A DNA stretch of 64,000 bases from Promethearchaeota archaeon (GTDB lineage Archaea; Asgardarchaeota; Lokiarchaeia; Sigyniarchaeales; SOKP01). The notes below the pieces were generated by a model. It did not search any database, had not been told where the DNA came from, and saw only the letters and a list, made by a program, of their open reading frames with translations. Positions 28,986 through 39,091 of the stretch are shown here, piece by piece. Every line of letters begins with the position of its first letter. The stretch's first letter is position 1. Made by a program: the position numbers and the translations under genes. The stretch lies in the NCBI GenBank assembly GCA_016839555.1, contig JAEOUA010000011.1, forward strand, positions 128,001 to 192,000, in the 5' to 3' direction.

Positions 28986-30515
28986 TTATCTTTTTGCTAC
29001 AAATAAGGGTGGTATGCAAAAATAGGCGAGTGAACAGTGGTCAGAATAAAGGTTTCTAGCTTTATCAATAGCCTCATCTAAATTTTTCGCATACTCATAT
29101 CCCAAAACGTCTAATACATCTTTATTTTTAGCACCAGCTACTATTATTTTACCGATATTTAAGAGGCCTCTAATGCCCCAATAATATACGATTGGAGCAT
29201 GAGTAGGATGATAAGCATAATGATTTCTATATTTTTCAATATATTCTTCATTATTAAGGTATTTGCTTTCAATTTTTTTTAAATCAAAAATATCCGCTTT
29301 CTGAGTCAAAATATTATAATAAAAATCTTCATAAGAAGGATGTTGCTGAGAATCAAATATTTCATAGGCAGGATTTGCAATAATTAGAGTACCTTTTTCT
29401 TTTAATGGGGATTCTCCCTGATGCATATTGAATAAATAACCTGAAACAAGAGTGTGTAATAATAAAGGATTCATCTCAGTGCCAACATTATATGGCGTAA
29501 GATTAGGCACACCAAAAATGATTATATCGTATTTCTTTGGTATCTCCACATTCAATTGCTTATTCATAAGTTCTAAAGACTTTTTATGAGCTTCCTCAAT
29601 ATCACCTGCAAATGTATCTATTAATTGATATCCTGCTTTAAGATTCTTCCTCACATAGGTTTTAATAAATTTTGGAAAAACTCGAAATAAGGAAAGTGTT
29701 AATCTTCGCCATAAAGGAATATTATCTTGAATACCTTTTAATGGTTTGTAGATCTTACTGTAGAAGCCGCTATAGAAATTATTATTGAGCACCATTTCAA
29801 TAGTAAAGACATTAAGCTTGTCTTTAATAATATTACCCATTTCCCAAATGATTTTATGTAATTCTGATGAGGGGGGATCCATGAATGAACCTTTCATTAA
29901 TTTTTTTGGAGAGTGATGTGGAATGATTGTATTATAGCTCCCTAATCCCACTATTATAGATTTCCATCCCCCATTTAAAGGAGTGAAGCTAATATTTAAA
30001 TAAATGATCAGATCTGATTCAGTGGCAATTTTGTTTATTTCGATGTTATTGCCCCCCTTGGTTTTCCCTAATATTTTCAAATTAGCTTTATCCTCAGCAT
30101 CATGATTAAATATATGACTTTTATATTTCTTATAAATTTTTTTTCCTAATAGATGTTTTAATTCTTTTGGTTTGCACTTTCTATGCAATCCAGTGGCGCA
30201 AATAAAGTTAATATTTTCATCTTTCACGCCAATATCTTTAATATGTTTTAATACTACTTTTGCTGCTATTTGTCTAACATCTTTTTTCATAGGTGGGAGG
30301 GGAACGCTTATATCATCAAAACATATAGAAATAGTAGAATCAGAATTAATTAAATTCTTTAATTTCGATGATTTTATGGGGTTCTTAATGGCAGATTCAA
30401 TTGCGGCTTCTTCATTATCTAAAGGTGGTAACGTATCCTTTCCATAATAAATATCAATATCCTTAGGAAAATCATGGATGAATGCGTCATCACCATAAAA
30501 AATAATTTCTTTCAC
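28986..30515 (-). CDS. LarA-like (DUF2088) lactate-racemase-domain protein
   Basis: AIKNPI, FDDISVP, ATGLHR, NHDAED, GGWKS and PHH. Confidence 0.8.
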   Translation of the reverse strand: MKEIIFYGDDAFIHDFPKDIDIYYGKDTLPPLDNEEAAIESAIKNPIKSSKLKNLINSDSTISICFDDISVPLPPMKKDVRQIAAKVVLKHIKDIGVKDENINFICATGLHRKCKPKELKHLLGKKIYKKYKSHIFNHDAEDKANLKILGKTKGGNNIEINKIATESDLIIYLNISFTPLNGGWKSIIVGLGSYNTIIPHHSPKKLMKGSFMDPPSSELHKIIWEMGNIIKDKLNVFTIEMVLNNNFYSGFYSKIYKPLKGIQDNIPLWRRLTLSLFRVFPKFIKTYVRKNLKAGYQLIDTFAGDIEEAHKKSLELMNKQLNVEIPKKYDIIIFGVPNLTPYNVGTEMNPLLLHTLVSGYLFNMHQGESPLKEKGTLIIANPAYEIFDSQQHPSYEDFYYNILTQKADIFDLKKIESKYLNNEEYIEKYRNHYAYHPTHAPIVYYWGIRGLLNIGKIIVAGAKNKDVLDVLGYEYAKNLDEAIDKARNLYSDHCSLAYFCIPPLFVAKR

Positions 30516-30670
30516 AATTTTATATTTGGATTTCTATTCTATTTAAATCTTTAAAGAGATACATATTCTAGATATTGGATTAAATTTCGAAATAACTATA
30601 TAATTATAACGATTTTAGTAATGATAAAATAAAAAACATGGGAAAAAAAAGAAAGCGGCATATTATTTTA

Positions 30671-31201
30671 TTATTCTTCTACAGGAATTTGTACCAAGGC
30701 AAGAATATCATAGCCTTCTAATTTATCTCTTCCGTGGAGACTTCCTGTTAGCTCGATTACAAACGCAAATCCTTCCACAATTCCTCCTGCTTTTTCAACT
30801 AATCGTATTGCTGCCTTTGCTGTACCTCCCGTAGCTAGTAAATCATCAAATAATAAGACCTTTTCCCCTTTATTAATGGCATCTTGATGCATTTCAATAA
30901 TATCAGTCCCATATTCTAATTCATATTCTTCTTGATAACATTTCCAGGGCAATTTACCTTCTTTCCTTATTAAAATAAATCCCGCATCCAAAAGATAAGC
31001 AATAGCTCCACCAAATACATATCCACGGGCTTCTATTGCTGCTACTTTATCTATTCCCTTATCTTTATAATGCTCCACAATTTTATCAATCGACTCTTTA
31101 AAAGGAATTGAATTTACACAGAGAGTAGTGATATCTTTAAACTGTACTCCATCAACCGGCCAATCTGGCACATTTCTAATAAAGTCAATTAATTTAACCA
31201 T
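30671..31201 (-). CDS. apt: Adenine phosphoribosyltransferase
   Basis: DWPVDGVQFKDIT, EARG, RKEGKLP, LEYG and DDLLATGGT. Confidence 0.96.
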   Translation of the reverse strand: MVKLIDFIRNVPDWPVDGVQFKDITTLCVNSIPFKESIDKIVEHYKDKGIDKVAAIEARGYVFGGAIAYLLDAGFILIRKEGKLPWKCYQEEYELEYGTDIIEMHQDAINKGEKVLLFDDLLATGGTAKAAIRLVEKAGGIVEGFAFVIELTGSLHGRDKLEGYDILALVQIPVEE

Positions 31202-31440
31202 AGTATTTACTCAATTTGTTTTTTTTATTTATGTGTATTTTGATAAATAATTCAAATTTTAAAAACACTTCATCTGTAGTTTCTTCCAAAATAAGTTATT
31301 TTCAAAAAAAATCATTTAATAAACATAATTTACTATGAAATTTTAATACTAAGATTAATTTATTAGATTTAAATTTATTAATTCTATAGAAGTATACTAG
31401 ATCAGTAAAAAGTTTAAAAACTCACGGTGAAATTTAATTT

Positions 31441-32403
31441 TTGAAAGTCTTATTATTCGGTCCCGAGGGTGCAGGAAAGACTTCTCTTATGCGAACAACT
31501 TGTTTGGGCTATAATTTTATGAAGGTTGCGAATTTAGCACCTACTAAAGGAATTTCACGTGAGAATTTTATATTTCGTGGCCTCTGTGAGCTGAATGTTT
31601 GGGATGCTGGAGGCCAACAACATTATATGGAGCAATATTTCTCTGATTCTCAGAGAGAATTAATATTTTCGGAGATTACTGCAACAGTATTTATGGTGGA
31701 CTCTACAGTTATAGAACCATATATAAAGGAAATTTTTGAAAATTATTTAATAAATATTTTTGAGTTTAGTCCATATATCGAAAGAATTTATGTATTATTG
31801 AATAAAATAGATTTACAAGATTCTCAGGAGGATAAAGCATATATTATGTTATCAGAGGGATTAAGCGAGGATGTGAAAGATAAAATAGATTTTACACCGG
31901 TGTCGGTAAAAGAAGGATCAGCTCAACATCGATTAATTGAAATATTAGACCAAGAAATTCAAAAATCCACATTGAGCCTACAAAGACTGGGAAAAATTCG
32001 TCATCAAATAGATTCCCTTAAAAAGGATACATTAGCCGAATATTTTTTGTTTAATCGCCCTGATGGCTTATTAATCACTTCTACTATAGGTAAATTTGAA
32101 TCTAAACCACTAGAGTTTATGAAATTTGAAATCGGAACTCTTGATTCCAATATATATAAAATCTATAAACTGATTTTGGAATTGAAGGGGATAACAAATA
32201 TTTCACCGCTTAATCTTTCCACAATCATTTATCAAAGTGAAAATTCTTATATATTGATGAAAGATATTGCCAATGATGCTATTTTATTAGCTTTAACAAA
32301 GACTAAAGATGAAAATGCCTTTTTTGAGGTAATGAAAAAACTAAATAGTGAAGAATTCCAAAATTTAGCAAATTTGTTGCAGGAGAAAATAGTTAATTTT
32401 TAA
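31441..32403 (+). CDS. Rag/Gtr-like small GTPase with a C-terminal roadblock/longin-like domain
   Basis: GPEGAGKTS, PT, WDAGGQQHYMEQYF...QRELIF, NKID and SVK, then C-terminal FLFNRPDGLLITS. TTG start with a GGTGA SD. Confidence 0.85.
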   Translation: MKVLLFGPEGAGKTSLMRTTCLGYNFMKVANLAPTKGISRENFIFRGLCELNVWDAGGQQHYMEQYFSDSQRELIFSEITATVFMVDSTVIEPYIKEIFENYLINIFEFSPYIERIYVLLNKIDLQDSQEDKAYIMLSEGLSEDVKDKIDFTPVSVKEGSAQHRLIEILDQEIQKSTLSLQRLGKIRHQIDSLKKDTLAEYFLFNRPDGLLITSTIGKFESKPLEFMKFEIGTLDSNIYKIYKLILELKGITNISPLNLSTIIYQSENSYILMKDIANDAILLALTKTKDENAFFEVMKKLNSEEFQNLANLLQEKIVNF

Positions 32404-32523
32404 AAAATATCATCTCTATAATCGAAAATAACTATACAATATATAAGAAAGATAAACCATAAAAAATAATATGAAATATGAATTAAGAAAAAAAGGTTTG
32501 TGAAATAGAACTATTTTTTTTGG

Positions 32524-33363
32524 CTATTTTTCCTTTTCATGCAGCTTGACTTTTGTTAAAAGGTGTTGATATTTATGATGAGGTGTTCTACGGACCGTAT
32601 CATTGGATTTTTCTATTTCTCTTGCAATTTGACATAAATCTGCAGCAGTTTTCATCATTTCGTGTGCAGCAGCCAGTTGTGGCATATATCGTTCACGTTC
32701 CTTCATTGCGAAGCAGGCCTTTCCTGTAATTTTTGAAACATTTGCTGCGATTTCAAATGCAGCGATTGCTTTTGCTCGAGCATAAGGATTCGAAAAATGT
32801 GCTCTCTCAGTAGCCATTTCCGCATCAATTATAATCTGTGGGAGAGTTGGTGTTCTTCCATCCAACATATCTATTATAACTTTGTTTAATTCTTCTACAA
32901 TAACTTGTAATACTCCAGTTCCTGCTAAAACTCGCAATAAGTTGGAATTAAAAAAGCTCATTTCAATAGGGTCTAGAAAAGGTCGGCGAGCACCAATCAT
33001 ACTATCACACTCTACAATTATATATCCTAATCCTTTTTCCTTGATTTCATCAATCGCTTTTTTAGTGGGGGCATCCGAAATTACTATGGCTGGAATATTT
33101 CCAACTAATTCTCTAGCTCTCATAGGTCCTTTTAAAGCGGCATTAGGAGAACTCATTAAAATTAGTTCGGGTTTAAACTCTAATAATTTATTCATTGTCT
33201 CAATGCACTCTTCAGGTGGGTGCATTTTTGGTCCTGATGTTACTTCTCTAAATGAAAGGCGTTCTGCTTCAGCCCTTTCATCTATTAGAAAAGAAAGTAG
33301 TAGAGAGCTTCCGATAGTGCCGTTTTTCAAGACACCTATCTTTAGGACTTTCTCTTGACTCAT
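32524..33363 (-). CDS. mtd: F420-dependent methylene-H4MPT dehydrogenase
   Basis: LIDERA, SGPKM, SPNAALKGP, DSMIGARRPFLDP-x-EM, NPYARAKA, AAAHE and RTPH. Confidence 0.95.
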   Translation of the reverse strand: MSQEKVLKIGVLKNGTIGSSLLLSFLIDERAEAERLSFREVTSGPKMHPPEECIETMNKLLEFKPELILMSSPNAALKGPMRARELVGNIPAIVISDAPTKKAIDEIKEKGLGYIIVECDSMIGARRPFLDPIEMSFFNSNLLRVLAGTGVLQVIVEELNKVIIDMLDGRTPTLPQIIIDAEMATERAHFSNPYARAKAIAAFEIAANVSKITGKACFAMKERERYMPQLAAAHEMMKTAADLCQIAREIEKSNDTVRRTPHHKYQHLLTKVKLHEKEK

Positions 33364-33588
33364 ATTTTATTTTCACTTATTTTAAACTTATGTTCACTTA
33401 TTTTAGATTAAATTTTATAATCACTGATTATTAAATAAGATTTTTAGAGTTTTTTTATTTTTAAATGGGAATGATCTAAAAAGATAATAGATTTTCACTT
33501 TCTCAAATAAAAACTTTAAAATACAAAAAACTTTACATTAAATTATCTTAAAATTATAAATAAAAATATTTGAAAGATGTGATAAAAT

Positions 33589-34497
33589 ATGGAATTAAAC
33601 GGTGTTGAGATTGAAGATACCTTTTGTGAAGCATTTGGATCCTATTTCTCACGAATTATTGTCACAGCAACTGATAAGAAGTGGCTTGATATATGTAGTA
33701 ATGAAGCAACGGGCTACGGAACCTCAACAATCCATTGTGATTCTGAAGCTGCGATGGATGTCTTTGTATCTCCAGATGAAACCCCAGATGGGAGACCCGG
33801 AGTTGCTATAATGTTTTTCATAAGTGATAAGAAGAAAGTCGATTCAGTAATGTTAAATCGAATAGGTCAATGTATTTTAACCTGTCCAACAACTGCATGT
33901 TTCGATGGAATGAAAGATTCTCTCGATCCAGAAAAAGAATTTGAAATAAAAACAGGATATAAATTAAAATTTTTTGGGGACAAATTTGAGGAAAAATTAG
34001 AGGGTAAATTCCCTTTTGAAGCTTGGAAAATCCCCGTTATGGATGGTGAATTCATAGTTCAGAGTAATTTAAAAGTTGGAAAGGGCATTGCAGGTGGAAA
34101 TTTCTTGATTATGGGAAAAAATCAATCCTCTGCTTTAACTGCAGCAGAGAAAGCCATTAGTGCAATAAAGGATATCCCAAATGTAATTGCTCCATTCCCT
34201 GGTGGTGTTGCTCGGTCTGGTTCAAAAGTTGGTTCAAAATATGATTTCTTGGGAGCATCTACTAATGATCCTTTATGTCCAACTTTGAGAACCAAGATTG
34301 ATAATTCTTTATTAAAAGAAGGAGAAAATTGCGTTTACGAAGTTATTTTAGATGGTGCCACGGAAAAAGCTATTAAAAGCGCCATTAAACTCGGTATTAA
34401 AGCTGCTGTCGAAGTTCCAGGGGTTATGAGGATTTCTGCTGGAAATTATGGCGGAAAATTGGGTAAGTATCAATATAATTTACATGATCTTTTGTAA
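33589..34497 (+). CDS. ftr: Formylmethanofuran:H4MPT formyltransferase
   Basis: IEDTFCEAF, TPDGRPG, RIGQCILTCPTT, GGVARSGSKVG and SAGNYGGKLG. Confidence 0.96.
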   Translation: MELNGVEIEDTFCEAFGSYFSRIIVTATDKKWLDICSNEATGYGTSTIHCDSEAAMDVFVSPDETPDGRPGVAIMFFISDKKKVDSVMLNRIGQCILTCPTTACFDGMKDSLDPEKEFEIKTGYKLKFFGDKFEEKLEGKFPFEAWKIPVMDGEFIVQSNLKVGKGIAGGNFLIMGKNQSSALTAAEKAISAIKDIPNVIAPFPGGVARSGSKVGSKYDFLGASTNDPLCPTLRTKIDNSLLKEGENCVYEVILDGATEKAIKSAIKLGIKAAVEVPGVMRISAGNYGGKLGKYQYNLHDLL

Positions 34498-34594
34498 AAA
34501 TTACACATCATACAAAAACTAGATTAAAAATTCAGAGAATAAATAATTTTAGAGAAAAACTTATTTTTTTCTTTTATCATTACTATTTATTTTT

Positions 34595-36259
34595 TTACAA
34601 TTTTCTTTTTATTTTACGTTTTGTTGGTTTCTTTTCTTCTTTTTCTTCTTCTTTCTTCTCAGCTTCTTCTTTGGGTTTTTCTGCTTTTCTTTTAATCTTT
34701 TGTGGAGCTTTTTCAGAAATGGGTTCTTCTCTAGATGGTTCTTTAATTTTTCTCCTTGATTTTAGCAATTTATAGCCGAGTGCGAACCCGATTAAAAGCC
34801 CAGCAACTATGCCAATAATTAAGGTTATCCAAGGCATAATATTTTCAAGAGTATTTGCAATAATTTTGATCTGTTGAGGTGCTAATCCATAATCAGAAGT
34901 TAAATTTATGGTGCTTCCATCTGAATCTGTTGCTGAAATAAATACATACCACACGCCTGATTCTAATTCAGCAGAATTAATAGAAAGTACTTGATTTACT
35001 GTAGATATAATAAAAAATTTATATTCATCACTTATCAGGGTGACGGTAATATATTCAATATTGTTATCTTTATCTCTTATATCAAAAGCAAAGATAATAT
35101 CTTCTCCATAATCGATGGAAATGGTTTCAGTAGGTAGCTTTCCATTAATTAAATATAAATTAAATTGAGGCGGATTATTTTTTACTTCTATATCAGAAAA
35201 ATAGGATGTGGCGCCTCCATTTAGGTCTATAGCAGTTATATTTATTTTATATATACCTATTGGAGAATTTATACCAATGTGAAAATCCGTTGAAAAATTA
35301 TTCCCTATATTAGAAAGTGGATATTGAATTTTATTTGTCCCGAAGAGATCAGTTAGAGTCATTATTACACTTAAATTAGCTGGGTTATCATCCTCTATAT
35401 CAGTAACATTTAGAGAGACTCTGCAATTATTAACATTTGAACGAAAGATCTCTAAAGAGGAGAATTTAATTGTTGATTCTATTATCTGAGGATTATGATT
35501 TAAAATTTGGAATGGAAAATATGTAGCATTAACTTTTCCAGTGGATTCGTCAGTTAGATTCACCTTTATATAGTAAACTTTATTAAGTTCTCCAAAAAGA
35601 GATTCATCAGCTGTAATATTAAACCATTCTATATTGTTCCCAATAAATTTTAAATTAGTTTGAGCTTGCTCATTTGTACTATCTACAATCGCAACATTAT
35701 ATATGAAATTATGTTCAGTCGTATTTTTAATAGTTAGGGATATAGATAATAAATCTCCAATATAAAGCTCGTCTTTAAGAAAATCTGCACTATAGTAATT
35801 TGATTTCACTATGAAAGTTGTTTCTGTTTTATTATTATTTAACAAAGAATCAGTATCATCATAGATTTGAAAATAGATACTATGAATGCCTGTTGGAATA
35901 TTATAAGGAGCAGTATAATTATAGGTAAAATTAGCTTGTACAGTATGAGTCATATTATCAATAAAAGAGCTTCCATCAGCATAAATAAATAGAATTTCTG
36001 TATAATTTGCAAAATAATATTGGCTGGTGTTAACATCTATCTTTATGGTATCAAATAAGGTGATAATTTCTGTATCATTTAAGTAGATATCCGTTGAATT
36101 AAGCGCCCCATAAGAGGATTTTATTAATGGATTTTTAGTATTATAATTATAAGGTAAATTTTTAGTGTTATTCTTTTGATATATTTGGCTAATAATTACT
36201 AACCCTATTATTGACAAAATAAACACTGAATAAATTAAATATTTATTTGCTTTTCTCAT
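34595..36259 (-). CDS. Membrane-anchored cell-surface glycoprotein with Ig-like repeats
   Basis: N-terminal hydrophobic helix, repeated NxxP...(T/R)DxD beta-sandwich units, many NxS/T sequons, a C-terminal TM and a long K/E-rich tail. Confidence 0.75.
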   Translation of the reverse strand: MRKANKYLIYSVFILSIIGLVIISQIYQKNNTKNLPYNYNTKNPLIKSSYGALNSTDIYLNDTEIITLFDTIKIDVNTSQYYFANYTEILFIYADGSSFIDNMTHTVQANFTYNYTAPYNIPTGIHSIYFQIYDDTDSLLNNNKTETTFIVKSNYYSADFLKDELYIGDLLSISLTIKNTTEHNFIYNVAIVDSTNEQAQTNLKFIGNNIEWFNITADESLFGELNKVYYIKVNLTDESTGKVNATYFPFQILNHNPQIIESTIKFSSLEIFRSNVNNCRVSLNVTDIEDDNPANLSVIMTLTDLFGTNKIQYPLSNIGNNFSTDFHIGINSPIGIYKINITAIDLNGGATSYFSDIEVKNNPPQFNLYLINGKLPTETISIDYGEDIIFAFDIRDKDNNIEYITVTLISDEYKFFIISTVNQVLSINSAELESGVWYVFISATDSDGSTINLTSDYGLAPQQIKIIANTLENIMPWITLIIGIVAGLLIGFALGYKLLKSRRKIKEPSREEPISEKAPQKIKRKAEKPKEEAEKKEEEKEEKKPTKRKIKRKL

Positions 36260-36265
36260 GATTTT

Positions 36266-38959
36266 TTATCTTTTTAGACGGTCAGTTTTTAATTTTTTAT
36301 TCTGAAAATAAATTACAATAGCAATGGGTATTAAAATGGGTAAGATATAAAAAAGTACTAGATTCATTATAGATATTAGAATTTGAGTTTTAAAAAAGAA
36401 TCGAAATAGTTCCTTTCCAGAATTATCAAACATGACCAGTTGATAAGTTTTAGTGCTAATATCGTATGGATTTATTATGGGATCAAGATCCACTTCGATT
36501 CTATTTTCACCGGGAACTAATAATCCATAAATTACTTTTCCGTTAATATATAATGCATATACTTCATTAGTTTCTTTATTATTATTTATAGTTAATATAA
36601 ATTGAGCGGATGTACCTTGAGTCACGCTCGATGGATAAAATAAGGTGGAAATTTCGAATGAATTAACGATTTGAATATTAATCGTTTTATTATAATCGGT
36701 TGTATTACTTCGAGATACTATGATGGTTATTTGCATTTCCTCTGTATTTATATTATCTTCAATATTTAAGTTTATTTCTATTAATTTGATTTCATTTGGA
36801 TTTAAATTATATTCTGCTTCAACGGGGGTAATATAATCTCCTGTGATACTCAAATTAAAGGATAAACTTTGATTTTGGAGAAAGTTGGCTATATTCAACG
36901 ATATCTGAGTAATATCTCCTTCAACCACCCGACTATCATATATTAAATTAGTAACTTCTATGGCTGTTTTAATTTCAATTATTTTTGTATAGTCTAAGTA
37001 AATATCACTCCCATTTTTCAAAATAAAATGAAATGTATAATTTCCAGGAAGGGCATTATTTTTTACCGTAAAATTATTCCAAATACTAGTTTCTTGTGAG
37101 GCATTTAATAAGTAAAAACGTGGAGATGTAATTAAGATTGAATCAGCTATTATTGAGAAATTCACCGTCACATTATTATTTCTAGTATTATTAACTAAAA
37201 GGGTTATATTCACATTTACTCCTTGATTGTATTCATTTTCATTTTCTAAACCAGAAATGTATTCGATGCCTGAGCTTACATTGAAATATAAAGTGGTCAA
37301 GGCAAATTTAAAAAAGCTTTTATTCGCTAAAATAGTGATTGAATAATTATTACCAATTAATAGACCAACTGGGAGAGGATACAAGAAGGTATGAGTTCCA
37401 TTTTCATTGGTACTATTATATTTTATTTTTAATATAGTCTCATTAGGATAAGGATATCTAATTATATAAGTTAAATCAGCATTAGGGATACTATAATTTG
37501 CATATGGTGAGGAATACGTATAATTTGTTGTTATATTCAAGGTTTCTTGATCAAAAATAAATTCAGGAATAGAAGCATTTGAATTAAATGAACAAGATAC
37601 TTTAGTATTCTCATAAACTTCTAAAGCTGTTAAATATGCTTCACAAACTCTCAAATTATAAAGAAAATTTTTATCTGTATTTTTAGACATAGTAAAAGTA
37701 TCTAATGAGGTCGAATATGCTTTATTAGTACTGTCATAAAAAGTATTTTCAAGTGTATTATATATATTTAACGCTGAATTGTAATAAGTAATATTTCCAG
37801 AAACCTCAAACAACTTTAAGCACGCTTGCATCATCATAGCATTAGATTTTACATCAATCAAATCATCATGACTTCCCCAATTTGAATTAGATTGATTTAG
37901 ATATGCTCCATAAGTTCCATCAAATAAAGTCGTGTTTATTTTATTAAAAATCAGAGTGGCATTATTTAAATACTCTGATTTATTGCTTACTTTCCAATAT
38001 TCAATTAAAGTAATAATTCCTAAGGCATTTGTTTCTAAATATTTGTTATTATTATCTGAACTTAAATCATTTTTAAGACTGTAGAAATATCCTTTATCAG
38101 AGGGATCCCAAAATTTCGCTGTCAATGTTTCCATTGTTTTATTAGCTAGATTTCCCGCATCGTTTTTATATTGATCGTCAATATTTTCTGTTTGATTTAA
38201 TAAAAGGTTTGCTAAAACGGCGTATAAATTATCTATAGCATACACATTACCATTTGAAGAATTATAGTTAAGAAAATTATTATTACTTTCATTCCAAAAC
38301 TGATTTGAACTAATAAGGTCAAATGCTTCGTAAATATTATTACGATATGTGCCTCCTGGACTATCTGGTATATTCTCTACTAATAGAAATATCGGCATTA
38401 AGTTATCTATTAAATTCCTCCGATAATTATTTACATCTTTTGTACTATTGTCTAGGGAATCCAAAAATCCATATTTATATCCTCCATTATCATACCATAA
38501 ATCAGTATCCTTTAAATCTAAATAGATACTAAGAATCTCGGAAGCACTATATTCATTTATATGCTTTAATAAAGTATTATACAAAAGTAAATTATCCAAA
38601 GAATACACTAAGTCATTCAGAATTGTTCCATCTTCATCTCCCAATCTAAAGTAGGTAGCAATATCAAAATTAAAATCGGAAGTATAATTTGTTTCAAAAA
38701 AAGTCCAAATATCGGTAAAATTTACTGTATATGGATCTTGTAATAATGAAATATCAATACCTTGAGATTGAGGGTTTTTAGCGGAATTATCTCCTTTTAG
38801 ATTTGGAAAGTTTAAGGGTTTGTTGGATTCAAACAAAAGATTTGAACTAAGGAGAAAAAAATTTAGAATAAGGAAGAAAATCAATAAAGCTCCGATAAAT
38901 ATCCTTTTCCTATTTGCTTTACATGTTTTTGATGAAAATAGTGAATTTCTTTTAATCAT
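36266..38959 (-). CDS. Large surface glycoprotein with an (alpha/alpha)-barrel GH76/AGE-like domain, Ig-like domains and a C-terminal TM
   Basis: Signal/TM helix, repeated FWD-x4-GY / LFD...GAY / FYD...AY and xxNA units, a beta-rich C-terminal half with sequons, then a TM and basic tail. Confidence 0.7.
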   Translation of the reverse strand: MIKRNSLFSSKTCKANRKRIFIGALLIFFLILNFFLLSSNLLFESNKPLNFPNLKGDNSAKNPQSQGIDISLLQDPYTVNFTDIWTFFETNYTSDFNFDIATYFRLGDEDGTILNDLVYSLDNLLLYNTLLKHINEYSASEILSIYLDLKDTDLWYDNGGYKYGFLDSLDNSTKDVNNYRRNLIDNLMPIFLLVENIPDSPGGTYRNNIYEAFDLISSNQFWNESNNNFLNYNSSNGNVYAIDNLYAVLANLLLNQTENIDDQYKNDAGNLANKTMETLTAKFWDPSDKGYFYSLKNDLSSDNNNKYLETNALGIITLIEYWKVSNKSEYLNNATLIFNKINTTLFDGTYGAYLNQSNSNWGSHDDLIDVKSNAMMMQACLKLFEVSGNITYYNSALNIYNTLENTFYDSTNKAYSTSLDTFTMSKNTDKNFLYNLRVCEAYLTALEVYENTKVSCSFNSNASIPEFIFDQETLNITTNYTYSSPYANYSIPNADLTYIIRYPYPNETILKIKYNSTNENGTHTFLYPLPVGLLIGNNYSITILANKSFFKFALTTLYFNVSSGIEYISGLENENEYNQGVNVNITLLVNNTRNNNVTVNFSIIADSILITSPRFYLLNASQETSIWNNFTVKNNALPGNYTFHFILKNGSDIYLDYTKIIEIKTAIEVTNLIYDSRVVEGDITQISLNIANFLQNQSLSFNLSITGDYITPVEAEYNLNPNEIKLIEINLNIEDNINTEEMQITIIVSRSNTTDYNKTINIQIVNSFEISTLFYPSSVTQGTSAQFILTINNNKETNEVYALYINGKVIYGLLVPGENRIEVDLDPIINPYDISTKTYQLVMFDNSGKELFRFFFKTQILISIMNLVLFYILPILIPIAIVIYFQNKKLKTDRLKR

Positions 38960-39091
38960 CTATCTTAAAATTTATATAATAATAGATATATTTCAGAGAT
39001 ATTATATCTTTAAAAAATTCTTCTCTTTAAAATTTTTTTAAATAATATCTAAAAACGAAGGGAATGGTATAAAGAGATTTTTACAAATGTG

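Noticed and set aside
34610-34760. Purine/pyrimidine-skewed repetitive tract
   Set aside because: It is explained by the K/E-rich cytoplasmic tail of the surface protein and is not an independent DNA repeat.
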